Source: Verrucomicrobiota bacterium (GTDB lineage Bacteria > Verrucomicrobiota > Verrucomicrobiia > Chthoniobacterales > UBA10450). Taken from it: a DNA stretch of 53,689 nt. Below the pieces are notes generated by a model. The model saw only the letters and a program-made list of their open reading frames with translations. It had not been told where the DNA came from and did no database searches. Each line of letters starts with the position of its first letter. The first letter of the stretch is position 1. The DNA lies in assembly GCA_005887825.1 (NCBI GenBank), contig VBQC01000172.1, positions 1 through 53,689 of the forward strand, given 5' to 3'. Both the position numbers and the translations under genes were made by a program. Positions 20,811-30,536 of the stretch are shown in pieces.

Positions 20811-21025
20811 CGGCGAACAGTTGTAGAGGCGCGTGGCCCTGCGTGCAACTCTTCAAGTGTGCGGCTGAGACAGCCGCCACCAAACCACTTCGGGGATGGA
20901 AATTCGTGGGCTTCCATTCACTTCGCTTAGGAGGGGCCTGAGTCTCGCCCCGCCAGCTAAAGAAGGTTGCGCCTCGCGCCTCCTGGTTCCCAGCGTTACC
21001 CTGCGGACGGATTTTCCAGGTCGAA

Positions 21026-22040
21026 ATGAAATTCAGGATTTTTCTGGTTGTCACTTCGTGTGTGGTCAGCCTGATTACCGGTTTTGTTATTTCGCGCAGC
21101 GGTTCTTCCACCGAGACCGCCGGGGCGCGCGCCAAACCTCTCATTGGTCTTTCCATGGACACATTGAAAGAGGAACGCTGGCAGGGAGACCGCGATCTGT
21201 TTGTCACACGGGCAAGGGGACTTGGCGCCGATGTGCTGGTTCAATCAGCGAACAGCGACGACACGCGTCAAATTAGCGACGTGCAAGCGTTGATCAGCCG
21301 GCGTGTCGATGTGCTTGTCATCGTTCCCCATAACGGCGCCGCCATGGCGAAAGCGGTCAACATGGCGCATGACGCAGGAATTCCGGTGCTGGCCTACAGT
21401 GGGTGAGCTGCAGGCCCAATTCCTGGTCGATCATCTCCCGAAAGAGCGGAAGAAAAAGATCGTCCGAATTTATGGCGCGAAAACGGATAACAACGCGCTG
21501 CTCTACAAGCGAGGACAGGACAAGGTTCTCACTCCTCTCATCAAAAAGGGCGAGATCGAGGTCGTGCATGAAGATTGGACGCAGGATTGGAGACCGGAAA
21601 ACGCGAAGAAGATCGCGAGCGCGGCAATTACGAAAGCCGGCGCAAACTTCGATGCCATTCTGGCGTCGAACGATGGCACGGCCGGTGGCGCGATTCAGGC
21701 GCTGAGCGAAGAAGGTCTCGCCGGCAAGATTCTGGTCACGGGACAGGATGCCGAATTGAGCGCGTGCCAGCGGATCGTCAACGGCACCCAGTCCATGACG
21801 ATTTACAAACCGCTTTCGCAGCTTGCCAAACAAGCCGTAGAGGTGGCCACGAAAATGGCGAAGAGGAAACCGGTTTTTGCTCTCGGCAAAATCGACAACA
21901 AAAAAATCGAAGTGCCTTCGATTCTGCTCGATGTCGTTGTGGTCACAAAGGAAAACATGATGGACACCGTCGTGAAAGATGACTTTCACAAGGCCGCAGA
22001 CGTGTATCGCGGTCTGCCCGAGGCTCGAGGTTCACCCTGA
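21026..22040 (+). pseudogene. XylF-like periplasmic sugar-binding protein, split by an internal deletion of about 56 nt plus a frameshift at about 21396-21399
   Basis: The first ORF ends GIPVLAYSG*. The second frame resumes at VGELQAQFLVD. By memory of E. coli XylF, the DRMINDADIDFYISFDNEK-equivalent block is absent. Confidence 0.8.
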
Positions 22041-22061
22041 TTGCGCTCTGTGAAATCGCGC

Positions 22062-23594
22062 ATGAATCCGGTCGTCCTGGAGGCAGAAAAAATCATCAAG
22101 AAATTTCTCGGTGTCGTAGCGCTCAAAGACATCAGCTTCAATCTGCGCGCAGGCGAAATTCATGGGCTTTGCGGCGAAAACGGCGCGGGCAAGTCAACGC
22201 TGATCAAACTGCTCTCCGGGATTTATCCGTACGGTTCATACGAGGGAGACTTTTTCGTCCACGGACAGCTTGCGAAATTTCGCTCGCTCGCGGACGCGCA
22301 GAAGGCCGGTATCGCCGTCATTTACCAGGAGCTCGCGCTCGTCGACGACATGACGGTGGGCGAAAATATTTTTCTCGGCGCAGAGCCTCCCGCAGTGCAA
22401 GGGCTGATCGACTGGCACAGAGTGTATCACGACGCGCGGCTGCTTCTGGAAAAATTCAACGTCGGCATCGATCCGAGCGAACCGATCGCGAAGCTCGGAA
22501 TGGGCCAGAAACAGTTGGTAGAAATCGTGAAGGCGCTCTCAAAAAATTCCAACATCCTGATTCTGGATGAGCCGACTGCCGCGCTGGCGGAACACGAAGT
22601 CCTCATCCTGCTCGATATCCTGCGCGATCTGCGGAGTCGCGGAATCGCGAGCATCTACATCTCGCACAAACTCGACGAACTATTCGCCGTCTGCGATCGG
22701 ATTACGGTGCTGCGCGACGGTTCGTCAATCGCAACGCTCGAGACGAAGCGAACGAATAAGGCACAAATTATCAAACACATGGTTGGCCGCGAAATCAGGG
22801 ACCTGTTTCCGCGCCGCCAGTCGAAGCTCGGCGCATCTGTCCTCGAAATTGAAAATCTCACTGTGGCCGATCCCCATTCCGGCCAGCCTTTTCTTTCGGA
22901 CATCAAGTTCTCGTTGCGCGTCGGTGAAGTCCTCGGCATCGGCGCTCTAATGGGCGCGGGACGCACCGAGCTCCTGATGCACTTGTTTGGCGCATGGGGC
23001 AGGCGATTGAGCGGCTCCGTCCGTCTCAATGGTCGCGAACTGAGCGCGCGAAAGCCGGAAGAAATTATTCGTCGCGGCATGGTGCTGGTAAGCGAAGATC
23101 GTCGCCGCTACGGATTAATCCTGGACAAAACGATCGCCTTCAATCTTTCTCTCTCTTCGCTGGCGAAACTGACGAAGAACCGTCTGATCGATCAAGGACT
23201 CGAGTTTCAAAAGAACAACCACTTCTTTCAATCGCTGCGCGTGAAAGCACCGACGCTCGAGGAACTGGTGGCGAAGCTCTCGGGAGGCACGCAGCAGAAG
23301 ATAGTCCTCGGCAAGGCGCTGATGACCGAGCCGCTTGTGATTTTTCTCGATGAACCGACCCGGGGAATTGATGTCGGCGCCAAGCTGGAAATATACGCGA
23401 TCATTAATCGACTAACCGATGCGGGCAAAGCAGTTCTCCTCGTTTCGAGCGAGCTGCCTGAATTGATCGGGATGAGCGATCGAATCGTCATTCTGCATGA
23501 AGGCCGCATCGGCGGTGAATTCGATCGCGACGAAGCGACCCCGGAAAAACTGCTCGCCGCGGCGATGGGGCAGAGGCATGTGGCGTTGACCTAG
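22062..23594 (+). CDS. sugar ABC transporter ATP-binding protein (XylG/RbsA-like, two ABC domains)
   Basis: Walker A GENGAGKST, signature LGMGQKQL/LSGGTQQK, Walker B ILILDEPT/IFLDEPT. ATG at 22062. Confidence 0.9.
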   Translation: MNPVVLEAEKIIKKFLGVVALKDISFNLRAGEIHGLCGENGAGKSTLIKLLSGIYPYGSYEGDFFVHGQLAKFRSLADAQKAGIAVIYQELALVDDMTVGENIFLGAEPPAVQGLIDWHRVYHDARLLLEKFNVGIDPSEPIAKLGMGQKQLVEIVKALSKNSNILILDEPTAALAEHEVLILLDILRDLRSRGIASIYISHKLDELFAVCDRITVLRDGSSIATLETKRTNKAQIIKHMVGREIRDLFPRRQSKLGASVLEIENLTVADPHSGQPFLSDIKFSLRVGEVLGIGALMGAGRTELLMHLFGAWGRRLSGSVRLNGRELSARKPEEIIRRGMVLVSEDRRRYGLILDKTIAFNLSLSSLAKLTKNRLIDQGLEFQKNNHFFQSLRVKAPTLEELVAKLSGGTQQKIVLGKALMTEPLVIFLDEPTRGIDVGAKLEIYAIINRLTDAGKAVLLVSSELPELIGMSDRIVILHEGRIGGEFDRDEATPEKLLAAAMGQRHVALT

Positions 23595-23597
23595 ATC

Positions 23598-24731
23598 ATG
23601 CAAAGCAAGAAATCACTGCGCGATTTCTCACTGCTGATCGCGCTCGTCGTCATTTGCGCCTTCTTCGCCATCGTGTCACCGCAGTTTCTCAGCGCGCGCA
23701 ATCTCTCCTTACTTACGACCGAGCTGTCGATCACCGCCACGCTCGCGATGGGAATGTTGCTAGTCATTCTTCCGGGCAATATCGACTTGTCCGCCGGAAG
23801 CGGCGTCGGTCTCCTCGGCGGCATCGCGAGCGTTCTTGTATTCGAGCACAAATGGCCGGCGCCGCTGGCAATGGGAATCGCTTTGGCCATTGGCATTCTC
23901 ATTTGGTTTTGCATGGGCAACCTGGTCGTGCGTCAAAAAATGCCGGCTTTCATCATCACTCTCGGAGGTCTGCTGATTTTTAAAGGATTGTTCTGGCTTG
24001 TAATTCACAATTCCACGATTCCGATTGTGCAAGGTGGACGCGCAAATCTTTACTCGGTCCTGACCACGTTTTATTTGCCGCTGATTGCCGGATACGCGCT
24101 GGCCGCACTAATTGTTGTCGCCCTTATTGTCGGAAAACTTCGCGCGCGCAAAGCGCGTCAGGCTTACGGATTTGCCGTTGAAGATGGAGAGGTTGTCTTC
24201 CTGAAGCTGTTTCTCGCCGCGCAGCTCATCTTTCTCTTCGTCGTAGTAACAAACAAATTCCGCGGCATCCCATTTTCAGCGGTGATCCTCGGCGTCACTG
24301 CGTTTGCGGTTTACGTTCTCACAACGCATACCCCGTTCGGACGCTATCTTTACGCGATCGGCGGCAATGAGGAAGCTGCGATCATTTCCGGCGTTCCTGT
24401 CGAAAAAGTCGTTGTTGGCTCGTTCAGCATCATGGGCGCCATCGTAGCGATCACCGGATTCATGCAGACTTCGTACTCCGGCGCCTCGACAACGACGGTT
24501 GGTGATCTGATGGAGCTCGATGCCATCGCCGCGTGCGTCATCGGCGGCGTCAGCTTAAAAGGAGGACAGGGCACAGTCCCGGGGGTTCTTTTCGGCGCGC
24601 TGATCATGGCGTGCCTGTTGAATGGCATGACACTGCTCGCAGTTTCACCTGAATTTAAATTCATCGCGCGCGGCGCAGTCTTGTCGCTGGCAGTTTGGAT
24701 GGACGTTCGCCTGCGGCGAAAACTTCTCTAG
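23598..24731 (+). CDS. sugar ABC transporter permease (XylH/RbsC-like)
   Basis: 377 aa and polytopic. It follows the ATPase after a 3-nt gap. Confidence 0.85.
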   Translation: MQSKKSLRDFSLLIALVVICAFFAIVSPQFLSARNLSLLTTELSITATLAMGMLLVILPGNIDLSAGSGVGLLGGIASVLVFEHKWPAPLAMGIALAIGILIWFCMGNLVVRQKMPAFIITLGGLLIFKGLFWLVIHNSTIPIVQGGRANLYSVLTTFYLPLIAGYALAALIVVALIVGKLRARKARQAYGFAVEDGEVVFLKLFLAAQLIFLFVVVTNKFRGIPFSAVILGVTAFAVYVLTTHTPFGRYLYAIGGNEEAAIISGVPVEKVVVGSFSIMGAIVAITGFMQTSYSGASTTTVGDLMELDAIAACVIGGVSLKGGQGTVPGVLFGALIMACLLNGMTLLAVSPEFKFIARGAVLSLAVWMDVRLRRKLL

Positions 24732-24788
24732 CCGCCTCGCTGTGTGACGCGCGTGCCGGCGCATCTCTGTTGGTTGCGCGCACGGAAT
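24728..24788. repeat. family-B-like element, degenerate copy B3
   Basis: CTAGCCGCCTCGCTGTGTGACGCGCG matches the B terminus. The TAG stop of the permease (24729-24731) lies in the terminus. The right end is poorly defined. Confidence 0.4.
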
Positions 24789-24795
24789 GAAGAAT

Positions 24796-26175
24796 TTACC
24801 AAGTGCGCCTGAGCGGGTGGGCTTCGGTATTGAAGACGATCTTGTCGAAATCTAATGTCCGAGGCGGCGCGAAGAGCAGGTAGAAGTATTTGAATGTCTC
24901 GGCCAAAGCGAAGCTCTCCATTTCATCGCGCTGTTGCTTGGTGGTTACGTCGGCAAGCGCAGCATAGCCGCCATCAGTGCGGCAGTATTTCACGAAATCG
25001 TTGAAGAGTTTCTCGCCCGTCCGCCGATACTGCCCATCGCTGGTGAAGTGATACAGGTAATAAGTAGATTCGACGATTTCGGGGCGCAGATGATACGCGC
25101 CGGCGATTACGCGCATCGTTTTGTAATCCAGGATTTCGGGTTCGACGCCCTGCAAATTCCACATCTTGACTGAAGAAGCTTGCAAACGACGCGCGCGTTG
25201 GAGATCGCCTGACAGGGCGAGGAGCGCGGGGAAAAATGCATCGAGCGCGCCATAACTGGTTTCAGTGCGCACGCCTGTGTACATATCGGCGTGCCCGTAC
25301 CACAATTCGCCGTGCGTGACGTCCGCGAGGTACTTGTTGATAACCGGGATGCTCGCGTTCCACATGTCGCGACATTCCTCGTCGCCAAACAAGAGCCAGC
25401 ATTTCCAGAGATACTCGTAATAGGAATCGATGCCGCCGCTGACGTGACTGTCGGTCTCCGTCCACGTGCCCGTCTCGACATTAATGCTCCGCCCGACGAG
25501 CCCCAGCGGCGAGCGGCGCTTATAGGTTTCGACCAGCGCTCGTTTGGCTTTGTCGTAGAACTCGTGCCTGCCGGTAAGCTTACTTAGCGTGCCGAATTCC
25601 AGAAGCAGCGTGCCCGTTTCAGCCGGGTTCGTCACCGGATCGCGCGCCTGTCCAGTGAGCAGATTGACGTAGACATAAGGCAGCCCCGTTGGCGAATTGA
25701 AAGCGGGAAGCAGTCGGTTGCCCAAAATTTCGGCCAACCGCAAAAGACGTTGATCGCCGGTCAGCTGATAGCTGGAAAGTAATCCGCCAAGCAGGCGAAT
25801 CGTAACCTCAAAATTTTTGACATAAATGTCGCGGTCGAAGGAGAGATCCTTAACGATGAGCGCCTTCGTTTCTCCGGCTTCAGAATCGAGCTTCATCAAG
25901 ATAAGCGTGTCGAGTGCGTCGACCGGGGTCATCAAAAGCGACTGTCCGTACCAATCGTGCGGAGTTTTACTCAACGGCCGCAACGCGTCGTGACCCCAGG
26001 CATAGCGTTCGTAATTGTGCCATGCGTGCAGAAACTCGACCTTCACGCGAGCGGCCACGTGCCGAGCGTGCGCGTCTTCGCGAACCCTGTTGCAACTCGT
26101 AAGGAAAACAGCCAGCAGGACCGACGAAAGTCTTAGCGCGAATATGACGAATTTGCCTTTCGTTGTCAGAGGCAT
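24796..26175 (-). CDS. glycoside hydrolase family 47 (class I alpha-1,2-mannosidase-like)
   Basis: 459 aa with an N-terminal anchor or signal. AWHNYERYAWGHDALRPLS, the IRLLGGLLS block and the EF.YL..ETFKY-like C-terminus are typical of GH47. Confidence 0.75.
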   Translation of the reverse strand: MPLTTKGKFVIFALRLSSVLLAVFLTSCNRVREDAHARHVAARVKVEFLHAWHNYERYAWGHDALRPLSKTPHDWYGQSLLMTPVDALDTLILMKLDSEAGETKALIVKDLSFDRDIYVKNFEVTIRLLGGLLSSYQLTGDQRLLRLAEILGNRLLPAFNSPTGLPYVYVNLLTGQARDPVTNPAETGTLLLEFGTLSKLTGRHEFYDKAKRALVETYKRRSPLGLVGRSINVETGTWTETDSHVSGGIDSYYEYLWKCWLLFGDEECRDMWNASIPVINKYLADVTHGELWYGHADMYTGVRTETSYGALDAFFPALLALSGDLQRARRLQASSVKMWNLQGVEPEILDYKTMRVIAGAYHLRPEIVESTYYLYHFTSDGQYRRTGEKLFNDFVKYCRTDGGYAALADVTTKQQRDEMESFALAETFKYFYLLFAPPRTLDFDKIVFNTEAHPLRRTW

Positions 26176-26319
26176 GGCGATTTTCCTGTGTTTACAATCT
26201 CGCGAGATCGAGACGCCAAGTGACCGTCCCTTTCAATCGAAGGGATCGCAACTGTGGGGCGCAGACAGAAGCATGGTCAAGACTACAGCTCAACAACCAG
26301 GTCAAAGGTCCAGAACGCT

Positions 26320-26383
26320 TTGCACCCGCTCTCGCGCAGCCTAAGCACCTCGCTGCGAACAGAGCCGCCTCCCAAGCGGCTAC
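26320..26383. repeat. family-B-like element, copy B4 (minus orientation)
   Basis: The reverse complement reads GTAGCCGCTTGGGAGGCGGCTCTGTTCGCAGCGAGG. The TAG stop of the GYD gene (26380-26382) lies in the terminus. Confidence 0.45.
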
Positions 26384-26673
26384 TTGATTTTCGCCAGAAC
26401 GGCTGCCATCTCTTCCCGGCGGAAGGCGCGCATCGTGTGGCTCTTGACGTTGCCAAGAGAGCCAATTTTAAGCACGAAAGCGCTCATGGTTTCGTCATTG
26501 GGTGCATCGAACACGACTACCACGTCATAAGTGCCCATCGTCCAGAATTCTTCCACGATCTTCATGCCCATTTTCTCGGCTTCGGCCATCGCGGCGTCGC
26601 TCCGTTTGATGGTTTTCTTGATGTTGCGGATGCCCTGATCGGTAAACTGAATTAGACTAACATACATGGCCAT
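26380..26673 (-). CDS. GYD-domain protein
   Basis: 97 aa. MAMYVSLIQFTDQGI...WTMGTYDVVVVFDAPNDE matches the GYD family pattern. Confidence 0.8.
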   Translation of the reverse strand: MAMYVSLIQFTDQGIRNIKKTIKRSDAAMAEAEKMGMKIVEEFWTMGTYDVVVVFDAPNDETMSAFVLKIGSLGNVKSHTMRAFRREEMAAVLAKIK

Positions 26674-26836
26674 AGTGCTCGCTCCTTTCGTGAGGTTCTA
26701 GTTGAAAGATTATGGCAGGTTTGCGGATGTGCAAAGCGAGACAAAGGTCAGCCATCGCCGCTCATGCCACCGTTCGGAATTATTTTCTCGATCTTCCAGT
26801 GCGCCAGAACGGCGCCATCGAGCAGACCAATTTCCT

Positions 26837-27991
26837 TCATGGCAGTGCAAGCGTAACGAAGAAGGTCGCGGCGACTGCGGCCGCGAGCACGATTAGATAA
26901 ACAAACCCGCCAAAAAGGAATTTAAGAATGCTGATGAACCAGCCCTGCCGATAAATACGACGGATCGACAGTAAAATTTGGGCGGCAAACGTGATCCAAA
27001 GAAGAGCGATGATCCACCCAGCGGCTGCACTGGAGGCGACACTGCTTAAGCCAATAGTCGCCAGAATAATCAAGATAGTTGCGAGATACGCGAAGCTATG
27101 AATGTGCAGCGCGTAGATGAGATGATCGATATAGAAGACCTTGCGGCGGATATAGAGGATCTTCAGCACCAGCGCAAAGAGGGGAATGCAGCAAAGCATC
27201 ATGTAGGGAAGATTGCTGATCAGCGTTTTGGCAAACAGCTGTAAGTTAGTCCCATGCTCGCCGATCTTTTCTTTCGCGCGTGTTTCTATCCATTTCTCGA
27301 ATGGTGTTGATGGATTGCCGGACTGGAAGAAGGCCGGAGTGGAGTCGACAAGGGGCGTTGCGGTTTCTTTTGACGTTGGCGTGGCTTGCTGGGTAGCAGG
27401 CTCCTCTGGAGTTGTATCTTTTCTTTTCGCTGCCATTATGGCGGCCACTTCTGGCGACATGTTTGCCATGTTTAGAGCTCGTTCCACTTTGGCGCGCTGC
27501 TCCGGTGTCAAATTTTGCTTCTCCAAAGCCGCTTCGATCTCGGCGCGGTTCTCAGATGTTAATTTGCCTGGCTGCAGATGAATGGATTTCCCCCAGTAAT
27601 TGACTGCAAAGAAAAAGAGAATGCTCGCCAGCAAATAAAGCCGTAGAGGATGCACATAACGCACGCGATGACCGGCGAGAAACTGATTTGTCAGTTTCCA
27701 CGGGCGAATGACGAGGAGGCCGATCGTTGCGAAAAACTTCGAGTCCCAATTCAGGAACTCGTCGAGGAGATCGACAATTACATGCCGGAAAGAACGGCGA
27801 TAATCGATTGCCGGTTGGCCGCACTGCGCGCACCAATGTCCGTGCAATTGCGCTCCGCAGTTCTCACAATGCGTGAGCGGTGGCCGCTGTGTTTTTCGCC
27901 GGTGGAAAAATCGTCTGCGAGCGCTCGAAGGCGGTTCGAGTGCCGAAATCGCCGTGTCGCCTAAAATGAGCTTTGTCACTTCATCGGCCAC
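26837..27991 (-). CDS. DUF3667-like zinc-ribbon membrane protein
   Basis: CENCGAQLHGHWCAQCGQ is followed by ..FL.GHRVRYVHPLRLYL and several TM helices. Confidence 0.6.
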   Translation of the reverse strand: MADEVTKLILGDTAISALEPPSSARRRFFHRRKTQRPPLTHCENCGAQLHGHWCAQCGQPAIDYRRSFRHVIVDLLDEFLNWDSKFFATIGLLVIRPWKLTNQFLAGHRVRYVHPLRLYLLASILFFFAVNYWGKSIHLQPGKLTSENRAEIEAALEKQNLTPEQRAKVERALNMANMSPEVAAIMAAKRKDTTPEEPATQQATPTSKETATPLVDSTPAFFQSGNPSTPFEKWIETRAKEKIGEHGTNLQLFAKTLISNLPYMMLCCIPLFALVLKILYIRRKVFYIDHLIYALHIHSFAYLATILIILATIGLSSVASSAAAGWIIALLWITFAAQILLSIRRIYRQGWFISILKFLFGGFVYLIVLAAAVAATFFVTLALP

Positions 27992-28191
27992 GTCAGGAAA
28001 TTACGAGAACTCAACGCCGACGTCTATTCGGAACGCAGGCTTGCAGTCTGTGGGGCAAATGGCTTTCAGTGATCGGAACATCGGCATGTTCCCTGTGCCC
28101 TGCGGGCGAAAACTTGAGATTGACGATCCGCCCAGCGTGATGCCACGATGCGCTCCAATCGAATTAAGTCGGCCTAACCAGTAAGAGCGAC

Positions 28192-29805
28192 GTGGCGTCT
28201 CAACTCCTAAGAACCAAGAGTCCGGAGCATTTGATGGCGGAGGCGGCCGCGCCTGAGCGCCAGATGAAGCGCGCTCTTTCCGCCTTCGATCTGACCTGCC
28301 TTGGCATCGGCGCGATCATTGGGGCGGGAATTTTCGCGCTCGCGGGAACGGCCGCCGCCGGCGAGCACGCCCTGGCAGTAGGTTCGCTATGGAAAACGCC
28401 AGTGCTGAATTTTATTATTTCTTATCTTACGCACGCTGATTTGGTATTCGGCCGGCCAGGTGCGGGCCCGGCGGTGGTATTTTCTTTTATCGTGGCAGCG
28501 ATTGCCTGCGGCTTTGCCGCGCTCTGCTATGCCGAGCTTGCCGCGATGATCCCGGTCTCCGGTTCGGCTTATACGTATTCATACGCAACGCTTGGCGAGA
28601 TCGTCGCTTGGATTATCGGATGGGATCTCATTCTTGAATACGCAGTTGGCAATATGGCCGTGGCGGTCGGCTGGTCTGGTTATTTTGTCAAACTTTGCGG
28701 CAGCCTTTTTGGGATAAAATTTCCGCTTTGGGTGGTGTCCGATTATAAAACCGCCACCGACATTCTGGCAAAGGGAGGTGATGCCCTGGGGGATTTTTCT
28801 TCGACGGCGTTGCCGGTCATTGGTGGGCACCCAATCGCGGTTAATCTTCCAGCCTTCCTCATCGTCGCGGCCGTGACTGCGCTCTTGGTTTATGGCATTC
28901 GCGAGAGCGCGCGGACGAACACGACCATCGTTTTAATCAAAGTCGCCGTCGTCGTTTTCGTGATTTCGTTCGGCGCTTTCATGGTTCACCCGACCAACTG
29001 GCATCCATTTGTCCCCAACGGATTCGGTGGCGTGATGAGCGGCGCGGCGATTGTCTTCTTCGCATTCATCGGATTCGATGCCGTTTCGACGACGGCGGAG
29101 GAAACGAAGAATCCGCAGCGCGATTTGCCCATTGGAATGATCGCGAGCCTGATCATCTGCACATTGCTTTACGTGTTGATGTCAGGGGTGCTCACCGGCA
29201 TAAAGAAATACACGGTCTATCTCGGCGATTCCGCGGCCGTCGCGACGGCGTTTGCCAGTAAACCATGGGCGCAGGCGCTGGTTAGCGCGGGCGCGCTCGC
29301 TGGGCTGACTTCTGTTTTGCTTGTCTTTCAACTCGGCCAACCGCGTATTTTTATGGCCATGGCGCGAGATGGATTGTTGCCGCAATACTTTGCTCGAATC
29401 CACTCCCGCTTTCGCACACCATACGTTACCACGATCTGGACCGGCGTGGCCGTCGGTGGTGTTGCCATGTTAACCGATATCGGCTCGCTCGCCGATCTCA
29501 CGAATATTGGAACGCTTTTTGCGTTCGCTCTGGTTTGTCTCGGCGTGTTGATGCTCCGCCGAAAGGATCCGGGCCGTTTGCGTCCGTTTCGTGTTCCAAT
29601 GGTGCCAATCCTTCCGCTTCTTGGCGTATTTTTTTGCGCGGCGCTCATGCTTAGTTTGCCACTGGAGACGTGGGGTCGCTTCTTTGTCTGGTTGGCTATC
29701 GGAATGTTGATCTATTTCGGCTACAGCGTTCGCCACAGCAAACTGCGCCATGGGATCGACGCGGGGCCGACGGAGGACATCCCCCCACCGCTGATCAAAA
29801 CATGA
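28192..29805 (+). CDS. APC-superfamily amino acid permease (cationic amino acid transporter-like)
   Basis: 537 aa. LSAFDLTCLGIGAIIGAGIF, about 12-14 TM segments, FAFIGFDAVSTTAEE. The start is uncertain (GTG 28192, or ATG 28234/28264). Confidence 0.85.
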   Translation: MASQLLRTKSPEHLMAEAAAPERQMKRALSAFDLTCLGIGAIIGAGIFALAGTAAAGEHALAVGSLWKTPVLNFIISYLTHADLVFGRPGAGPAVVFSFIVAAIACGFAALCYAELAAMIPVSGSAYTYSYATLGEIVAWIIGWDLILEYAVGNMAVAVGWSGYFVKLCGSLFGIKFPLWVVSDYKTATDILAKGGDALGDFSSTALPVIGGHPIAVNLPAFLIVAAVTALLVYGIRESARTNTTIVLIKVAVVVFVISFGAFMVHPTNWHPFVPNGFGGVMSGAAIVFFAFIGFDAVSTTAEETKNPQRDLPIGMIASLIICTLLYVLMSGVLTGIKKYTVYLGDSAAVATAFASKPWAQALVSAGALAGLTSVLLVFQLGQPRIFMAMARDGLLPQYFARIHSRFRTPYVTTIWTGVAVGGVAMLTDIGSLADLTNIGTLFAFALVCLGVLMLRRKDPGRLRPFRVPMVPILPLLGVFFCAALMLSLPLETWGRFFVWLAIGMLIYFGYSVRHSKLRHGIDAGPTEDIPPPLIKT

Positions 29806-29968
29806 GATCGACAAGGTGGAACGCGTTGTCTTCAACGCGTTGGTAAAAAATGCGCCTTTGGCGCCAAATTTTCTGCGTTATAACGCCCGTGAGCATCGTC
29901 TAGCGCCTTCGGCGATCCGTTTGCCATCGTCTTCAGGAGAAGCCGATCCACCTTATGTTTCCCAGCTC

Positions 29969-30424
29969 TTACGCAGCCTGCTGCGCGTGGCTCACTCTGT
30001 CATCGATTTCGAGCCACTCGAATGTCGTCGTCTTTGCCGGATCGAGTCCGAGTTTTTTGCATTCCTCGGCGAAGAAATCGCGCTTTTCCGGATGATTGTA
30101 AAGACTGCTGGTCTCCACCTGTTCGGCCCAGCGTTTGATTTCCTCCGGCGCTTTCTCCTCGCCGCTTGTATTGAGCCATTCGAGCATCTCCTGGTCGCTT
30201 GCGCCTTGCTCGATTTGCGCTTTGAAATCGTCGCCCGTTACGCCTTTGAACCCCAAGAGCATGTTGTCGAGCGGACAATCGAAGTGATATTCGCCAATAT
30301 TCCCCGCCACGAGCGCGCGACATTTATCAATGGTGCGCCCAAGAATTGCATAGCCGCCAACGCGAATGCGCGGACTGCGCGGTGCTTCCTTCGTTAAGTC
30401 CTTTCCTGTAATTTTCTTCTTCAT
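29969..30424 (-). CDS. DUF5069-like protein
   Basis: 151 aa. LTKEAPRSPRIRVGGYAILGRTIDKCRA resembles the DUF5069 N-terminal signature. Confidence 0.55.
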   Translation of the reverse strand: MKKKITGKDLTKEAPRSPRIRVGGYAILGRTIDKCRALVAGNIGEYHFDCPLDNMLLGFKGVTGDDFKAQIEQGASDQEMLEWLNTSGEEKAPEEIKRWAEQVETSSLYNHPEKRDFFAEECKKLGLDPAKTTTFEWLEIDDRVSHAQQAA

Positions 30425-30536
30425 ACTTCAGGTATTTCGCATAAAGCGCGGCATCCGGTTGCCGTGCGAAACCTTTTTGCGTCTCCTCAGTGCCGGAATC
30501 TCCGATTTGTCTCTCGGGGCGAAGCGCGCAGATTGG

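Noticed and set aside
27992-28191. A glycine or lysine riboswitch upstream of the amino-acid permease, suggested by a GGGGCAA motif.
   Set aside because: Only one short motif is present. The GGAGAG...CACCG context of glycine aptamers is missing, and so is the lysine riboswitch core.
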